From Candidatus Hydrogenedentota bacterium (lineage in GTDB: Bacteria > Hydrogenedentota > Hydrogenedentia > Hydrogenedentales > JAEUWI01), in NCBI GenBank assembly GCA_034669905.1, contig JAXMOL010000006.1:64001-128000 (forward strand): a stretch of 64,000 nucleotides of DNA, given 5' to 3'. A program made the translations under genes and the position numbers. The notes beneath the pieces are model-generated. The model did no database searches. It worked only from the letters and a program-made list of their open reading frames with translations, and was not told the origin of the DNA. How positions within the stretch are numbered: the first letter of the stretch is position 1; each line of letters begins with the position of its first letter. Shown piece by piece: positions 59,157 to 64,000 of the stretch.

Positions 59157-60523
59157 ACCCGATTCCTGAAAACTGGAAGGACGTACCCGTTACCCTCGTA
59201 GGGATGGGACGTTCCGCGGTGGGTGCTGCCGCCCTGTTACAGCACCACGGTGCACGGCCCTTTGTGACGGATGTGGCCGACGGTACTTCATTGGTGCCCT
59301 GGTGCGACGCCCTCGACGCGCGGGGGATCCCCTATGAGATTGGGGGGCACAGCGCCCGCGCCTGGGAAGGGCCCGCCGTGGTGATCGTGAGCCCCGGTGT
59401 GCCCTCTGCGATTGCCCCCTTGCAGGCTGTGCGTGAGCGAGGCATTCCGGTAATCGGCGAGCTGGAGTTGGCCTCCCGTTTTACGCAGACCCCCGTCTTG
59501 GCCGTCACCGGAACCAATGGAAAAACGACCGTGACGGAGTTGCTCCACCACGTGCTCAAGACCCTTGGTTTTCGTTCGCGCCTCGCCGGAAACAATCACA
59601 CGTCTTTTTCGGCCGCCGTCTTGGATGAGGACTGTCCGGACTATTACGTACTGGAAGTCAGCAGCTATCAACTCGAAACGGTGGACCGCTTTGCTCCGTG
59701 GATGGGGGCGGTTTTAAATCTCACGCCCGATCACCTCGGGCGCCACGGTGACATGGAAGGGTATGGAGCGGCCAAAGCCCGTATTTTCGGCACGCCACCC
59801 CATGTGGCACACGTTGCTATCCTGAACGCGGACGATGGGCAGGTGGCCTCCCTTCCTTTGCCTTCCGGTGTTGAACAGCTTTTTTTCAGCGTGGAGTCCC
59901 CACCGCCCCGGGGCCTCTACTCCGACGGAACGTCCCTTTGGATTGATGGGGAGCAGACCGGGCTACTGCAATGTCCCTTGCCGGGGCGCCACAACCGGGC
60001 CAATGTCTTGGCCGCCCTGACCATGCTGCATGCTGGTGGCTTTAATATGGCAGCTTGTCTGGACGCCCTGTCGAGTTTTTCCGGTGTGGCCCATCGCCTG
60101 GAACACGTGGGGATACTGGCCGATCGTCATTGGTACAACGATTCTAAATCCACCAATATTGATAGTTTGCGCGTGGCCCTTGAAAGCTTCGACACGCCCG
60201 TTGTCTTGTTGGCGGGAGGACAAGGCAAAGGCAGCAGCTATGACAGCATTCGTGCCACGGTAAGGGAACATGTTTGCCATATGGTGGCCTTCGGTGCGGA
60301 AGCTCCGGTCCTGGCAGCGGCCTTTCAGGGGGATACGGATGTGCGCGTGGTGCAGGACATGGTGGAGGCGGTACGTCTCGCCCATCACCTGAGCGCGCCT
60401 GGGACGACCATTCTGCTTTCGCCGGGCTGTGCGAGCTTTGATCAATACGACAATTTTGAGGCCCGCGGCGCGCATTTTACCGCGGTCGTTCGACAGCTGG
60501 ATGAGGAGGAGTCGCACCCATGA
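59153..60523 (+). CDS. murD: UDP-MurNAc-L-Ala D-glutamate ligase
   Basis: SPGV, VTGTNGKTT, LEVSSYQL, DHLGRH, HRLE, NDSKSTN, SPGCASFD. Confidence 0.96.
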   Translation: MNPIPENWKDVPVTLVGMGRSAVGAAALLQHHGARPFVTDVADGTSLVPWCDALDARGIPYEIGGHSARAWEGPAVVIVSPGVPSAIAPLQAVRERGIPVIGELELASRFTQTPVLAVTGTNGKTTVTELLHHVLKTLGFRSRLAGNNHTSFSAAVLDEDCPDYYVLEVSSYQLETVDRFAPWMGAVLNLTPDHLGRHGDMEGYGAAKARIFGTPPHVAHVAILNADDGQVASLPLPSGVEQLFFSVESPPPRGLYSDGTSLWIDGEQTGLLQCPLPGRHNRANVLAALTMLHAGGFNMAACLDALSSFSGVAHRLEHVGILADRHWYNDSKSTNIDSLRVALESFDTPVVLLAGGQGKGSSYDSIRATVREHVCHMVAFGAEAPVLAAAFQGDTDVRVVQDMVEAVRLAHHLSAPGTTILLSPGCASFDQYDNFEARGAHFTAVVRQLDEEESHP

Positions 60524-61614
60524 ACCGAGAAGTAACCGCGGTCATCACGCTTGTGCTCGCCCTCGTGGCGGGCGGTACCCTCATGGTCTACAGTGCGGTG
60601 GGCTATGAAAATGGGGCCACGGAACCCCGGACCCATCTCTATGCGTTGACCATCGGGATTATTGCCCTGCTTGTCGCCATGCGTTTCGACTACCACCGTC
60701 TTCGTGATCCCTTTGTATTTCGGAGTATCGTGCTCTTATCCCTGTTTCTTCTGGTCTACGTGTTGATCGGCGGAGTGACGGCCAACGGTGCCCAGCGCTG
60801 GATCGCTATCGGCGGCCTTCGCTTTCAGCCTTCAGAGTTCGCCAAGTTTGCGCTCATCTTATTGTTGGCCGTGAAACTAACAGACAACCGGGATCAAATT
60901 CGAAAGTTCTTTTCCGGTTTTTTGCCTCCGGTGTGTATTGCCGGACTCTTCGCCGGGCTGGTTCTGGCTGAGAAAGATTTGGGGGTGCCCATCGTGATGA
61001 TGGCCGTCGCCTATCTCATGATGATGGTGGCGGGGGTGTCGTGGCGCTACATGTTCATGAGCGTCTTGCCCCTGGGTGCCATCGTTGTGGTTGCGATCGT
61101 CAAGAGTCCCCACCGGGTGGAGCGGCTCGTGGCCTTTCGTGATCCCTGGGCGGATCCCCTGGATTCGGGGTTCAATCTCATACAGTCCTACTCGGCCTTC
61201 GCCCAGGGTGGGCTGTGGGGGAAGGGAGCCGGGGGAAGCGAGCAGAAGCTTGGATACCTCTATGCCAGCCACACGGATTTCGTCTACGCCCTCGTGGGTG
61301 AAGAGTTTGGATTGGCCGGAACCCTGACGGTGCTACTGCTCTTCGTGGGGCTGCTGGTGGCCGGCTATCGGATCGCGACCAACGCCTCGGACATGTTCGG
61401 CGCCTTGCTGGCCACGGGAATCGTGGCACTCTTTTCTGTGCAGGCATTGATTATTATGATGGTGACGATTGGTCTTTTGCCCACCAAGGGGCTACCCCTT
61501 CCGTTCATCAGCTATGGGGGCACCGCCCTTATCGTTTTTCTGGGATTGACGGGCGTGCTGGCCAATGTGGGTATTCAGGCGACGCCGCCGGACTCAGGGT
61601 CGAAACGGGTATGA
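60520..61614 (+). CDS. ftsW: SEDS family peptidoglycan polymerase FtsW
   Basis: GAQRWI, FQPSEFAK, HTDF, GEEFG, PTKGLPLPFISYGG. Confidence 0.95.
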   Translation: MNREVTAVITLVLALVAGGTLMVYSAVGYENGATEPRTHLYALTIGIIALLVAMRFDYHRLRDPFVFRSIVLLSLFLLVYVLIGGVTANGAQRWIAIGGLRFQPSEFAKFALILLLAVKLTDNRDQIRKFFSGFLPPVCIAGLFAGLVLAEKDLGVPIVMMAVAYLMMMVAGVSWRYMFMSVLPLGAIVVVAIVKSPHRVERLVAFRDPWADPLDSGFNLIQSYSAFAQGGLWGKGAGGSEQKLGYLYASHTDFVYALVGEEFGLAGTLTVLLLFVGLLVAGYRIATNASDMFGALLATGIVALFSVQALIIMMVTIGLLPTKGLPLPFISYGGTALIVFLGLTGVLANVGIQATPPDSGSKRV

Positions 61615-61643
61615 CAAGCGGTCCCACCCGATGATACTATAAT
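61611..61643 (+). promoter_or_regulatory. Possible internal promoter for murG and the HD-GYP gene
   Basis: ATGACA (61611-16), 18 bp, TACTAT with TGn extension, overlapping TATAAT (61638-43). Confidence 0.55.
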
Positions 61644-61726
61644 CCTTTCTGCGGGGGCGGTTTTTCCCGCATCGACGTGTTGGGGAGTGTTATTGGGGGC
61701 AATAACGTTTATTAGAGGGATGAATC

Positions 61727-62881
61727 ATGCGGATTATGGTTTCCGGTGGTGGTACGGGAGGTCATACCTCGCCGTTAATCGCTGTCTATGAGGAACTGCG
61801 CCGGCGTGATCCCCAATTGCGCGCCCAGTGGGTGGGCTGTTCGGGCCGTATTGAAGAGACCCTGAGCAAACGGCTGGCGATTCCGTTTCGGGCGATCCCG
61901 GTGGCGGGCTGGCCCCGCAAACGGGGCCTGAAACAGCTCTGGGTGGCCTTCCGGCTCGTGTTAAGTATGGTACGTTCGCTCCTCCTTATCCGCTCTTTTC
62001 GTCCCCAGGTGGTCTTTGGTGTTGGAGGCTATGTCTCCCTGCCCCTCTTGTGGGTGGCGCAGTGGATGGGGGTCCCCACCGTTATCCATGAGCAGAACCG
62101 CCGTCTGGGCATGGCCAACCGCTTGCTGGCACCCCGCGCTGCCCGGGTCTATCTGAGCTTCGATGATACCCAGGGGGAATATCCTGAGGAACGGGCCGAG
62201 GTCGTGGGCAATCCGATCCGCCCCGAATTTGTCTTTCCGCCCGAGCGGTCGGAGGCGTGCGCCAAACTGGGCCTCCGGGAAGGTGCCCCTATCGTCTTGG
62301 TTTGTGGTGGCAGCCAGGGCGCACGACGAATCAACGATGCCGTGCTGGCCAGTCTCGACGCACTGACCGCCGCTGGCATTCAGCTGATTTGGGCCACGGG
62401 AAAAGCCGATGGGGAGCGGGCCCGTGAGGCGGCGTCCCGCGCTGGGGGAACCATTCAGGTCCACGAATTTGTGGACGATATGGTCACCGCATGTGCGGCG
62501 GCGGATTTGGTGGTGGGCCGTGCCGGTGCCTCGACAACTGCGGAATTGGCGGCGTTGGGAAAACCCTGTATACTGATACCGTACCCACACGCGACGGACA
62601 ACCACCAGATGCAAAACGCCCGGGCATTCGAAGATGCCGGGGCAGGACGGATCGTGGAGGATTTCGAATGCACCGCCGAGCGATTGAGCGCGTTGGTGTT
62701 GGAGATGGTGGAAGACACGGCGGCGCTGGCGGAGATGGGACGACGTGCCCGCAGTCTGGCCAAAAATATGGCAGGAGAACAAATTGCGGAAGGGATTATG
62801 CATCTGGTTTTTGGTGTGGAGCAGGGCGATACGGTGCCTGTAGTCGCCCGCAATGAAACCGAGCAGGACGGACAGGAGTAG
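61727..62881 (+). CDS. murG: Lipid II synthase (GlcNAc transferase) MurG
   Basis: GGGTGGH, GGYVS, HEQN, GNPIR, GGSQGA, RAGAST, HQMQNA. Confidence 0.97.
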   Translation: MRIMVSGGGTGGHTSPLIAVYEELRRRDPQLRAQWVGCSGRIEETLSKRLAIPFRAIPVAGWPRKRGLKQLWVAFRLVLSMVRSLLLIRSFRPQVVFGVGGYVSLPLLWVAQWMGVPTVIHEQNRRLGMANRLLAPRAARVYLSFDDTQGEYPEERAEVVGNPIRPEFVFPPERSEACAKLGLREGAPIVLVCGGSQGARRINDAVLASLDALTAAGIQLIWATGKADGERAREAASRAGGTIQVHEFVDDMVTACAAADLVVGRAGASTTAELAALGKPCILIPYPHATDNHQMQNARAFEDAGAGRIVEDFECTAERLSALVLEMVEDTAALAEMGRRARSLAKNMAGEQIAEGIMHLVFGVEQGDTVPVVARNETEQDGQE

Positions 62882-62883
62882 CG

Positions 62884-63831
62884 GTGAGTAGCGATTTTTT
62901 TACCATAGCGATGGATTCACTCAAGACCGATTTGGTGACCGGATTCGACCTCTATCTGCTGCCCAAATCAGGCAGCGAGCCCGTGTTGTACCGAGAAAAA
63001 TCGTTGCCTTTTGACGAACGCGTTCGGGAACGGTTGCGCGAAAATAATATCGCGGAATTTCTGGTGAAGAATACGGACCGGAAGGCCTGGGTATCCTACT
63101 CCGTCGCTGTGCTTCCCGAGTATCTGGCAGATTCCTCGAAGCCCGTCGAAGAGCGGGCCGGCATTCTCTATGAATCGGCCCAGGGCCTTGTACAGGAGCT
63201 GCTCACCAATCCTAAATCGGAAGATCTGGTGGCCCAGAGCCGCGAAGCGGCATCGGGCATGGTAGAGTTCTTGTCCAAAGAGAGTACGTCGTTTTACGAG
63301 CTGATGCAGCTTACATCGTACGATTATTACACCTACACGCACAGCGTGAACGTGTTCGTGTATAGCGTCTCGCTCGCCCAAAAGCTGGGGAAGAGTGGTC
63401 CCAAGTTGGATGAATTTGCCCACGGTGCCCTGATGCATGATATTGGCAAACGGCTCATCGACAACGACATCACCAATGCCCCCGGTGGCCTCAGTGAAGA
63501 GCAGTGGCAGCAGATGCAGAAGCATCCGGTCCATGGTTATGAAATCCTGCTGCAGCAGGGGGAAACCAGCCAGATCGCGCTGGATGTCACCCGTCACCAC
63601 CATGAGAAATTAAACGGCCGCGGCTACCCGGATGGGTTGAAGGGGGATGAGATTTCGGAGTGGGCCCGCATCGCGACCATCGCCGACATTTTTGATGCCC
63701 TGACAACCCAACGCTCTTACAAAGACGCCATGGATACCTTTCCGGCCCTCCAGTTTATGAAAGAAAAGATGAGTGACGAGTTGGATCCTCACTTTTTTCA
63801 GACCTTCGTGGCGCTGATGGCGGGGCGCTAG
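62884..63831 (+). CDS. HD-GYP cyclic-dinucleotide phosphodiesterase
   Basis: HSVNV, MHDIGK, KHP..G, HHEKLNGRGYPDGL, IADIFDALT..RSYK. Confidence 0.93.
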   Translation: MSSDFFTIAMDSLKTDLVTGFDLYLLPKSGSEPVLYREKSLPFDERVRERLRENNIAEFLVKNTDRKAWVSYSVAVLPEYLADSSKPVEERAGILYESAQGLVQELLTNPKSEDLVAQSREAASGMVEFLSKESTSFYELMQLTSYDYYTYTHSVNVFVYSVSLAQKLGKSGPKLDEFAHGALMHDIGKRLIDNDITNAPGGLSEEQWQQMQKHPVHGYEILLQQGETSQIALDVTRHHHEKLNGRGYPDGLKGDEISEWARIATIADIFDALTTQRSYKDAMDTFPALQFMKEKMSDELDPHFFQTFVALMAGR

Positions 63832-63915
63832 ATCAGGGGCAAGCAACCCAGCGTGGATGTGGGGCGACCGGAGTATTCCAGGAAGGTGGCGCCATCAACG
63901 ACCCGAGGAAAAAAC

Positions 63916-64000
63916 ATGCGAATCGCGACAATACTACTCTTAGCATTGGCGGGGCTTTCGGCCTCCTTGACGACCGCCGCCGCACCGGTTGAAAACGTGT
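63916..64000 (+). CDS. Secreted protein, N-terminus only (runs off window)
   Basis: GAGG RBS, then MRIATILLLALAGLSASLTTAAAPVENV signal peptide. Confidence 0.65.
   Translation, partial: MRIATILLLALAGLSASLTTAAAPVENV

Overview
GC-rich bacterial chromosome segment of mostly housekeeping genes. The lineage is not determined; a Candidatus Hydrogenedentota/PVC-like organism is only a guess from gene style. Left to right: purM-purL(PurS-fused)-purQ, RNase D, a PAS/HisKA pseudokinase, PPi-type PFK, surE, a LamG-MBOAT-double-AlgX O-acylation operon, icd, serA, a minimal napDAB operon with a tetraheme NapB and an NsrR-like operator, an ECF sigma/anti-sigma pair divergent from an atypical Clp ATPase plus membrane FHA protein, two envelope hydrolases, aroA, an Eis-like acetyltransferase, an aroK-aroC fusion, and the dcw cluster (mraZ to murG). 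The dcw cluster carries an inserted STAS gene, an MraY with a ~125-aa insertion, and an HD-GYP gene in place of murC. Between aroA and aroKC (~37.3-47.9 kb) is an accessory island bracketed by mosaics of at least four REP-like palindrome families. It encodes only uncharacterised exported proteins: a tandemly duplicated secreted protein (one copy with a G8 tract in its promoter spacer), a 10-Cys secreted protein, a DUF1573-type protein and a multi-beta-sandwich protein. This cassette is my best candidate for an undescribed system. No rRNA, tRNA, CRISPR array, transposase or integrase was recognised. All family calls come from reading motifs by eye, not from database searches.
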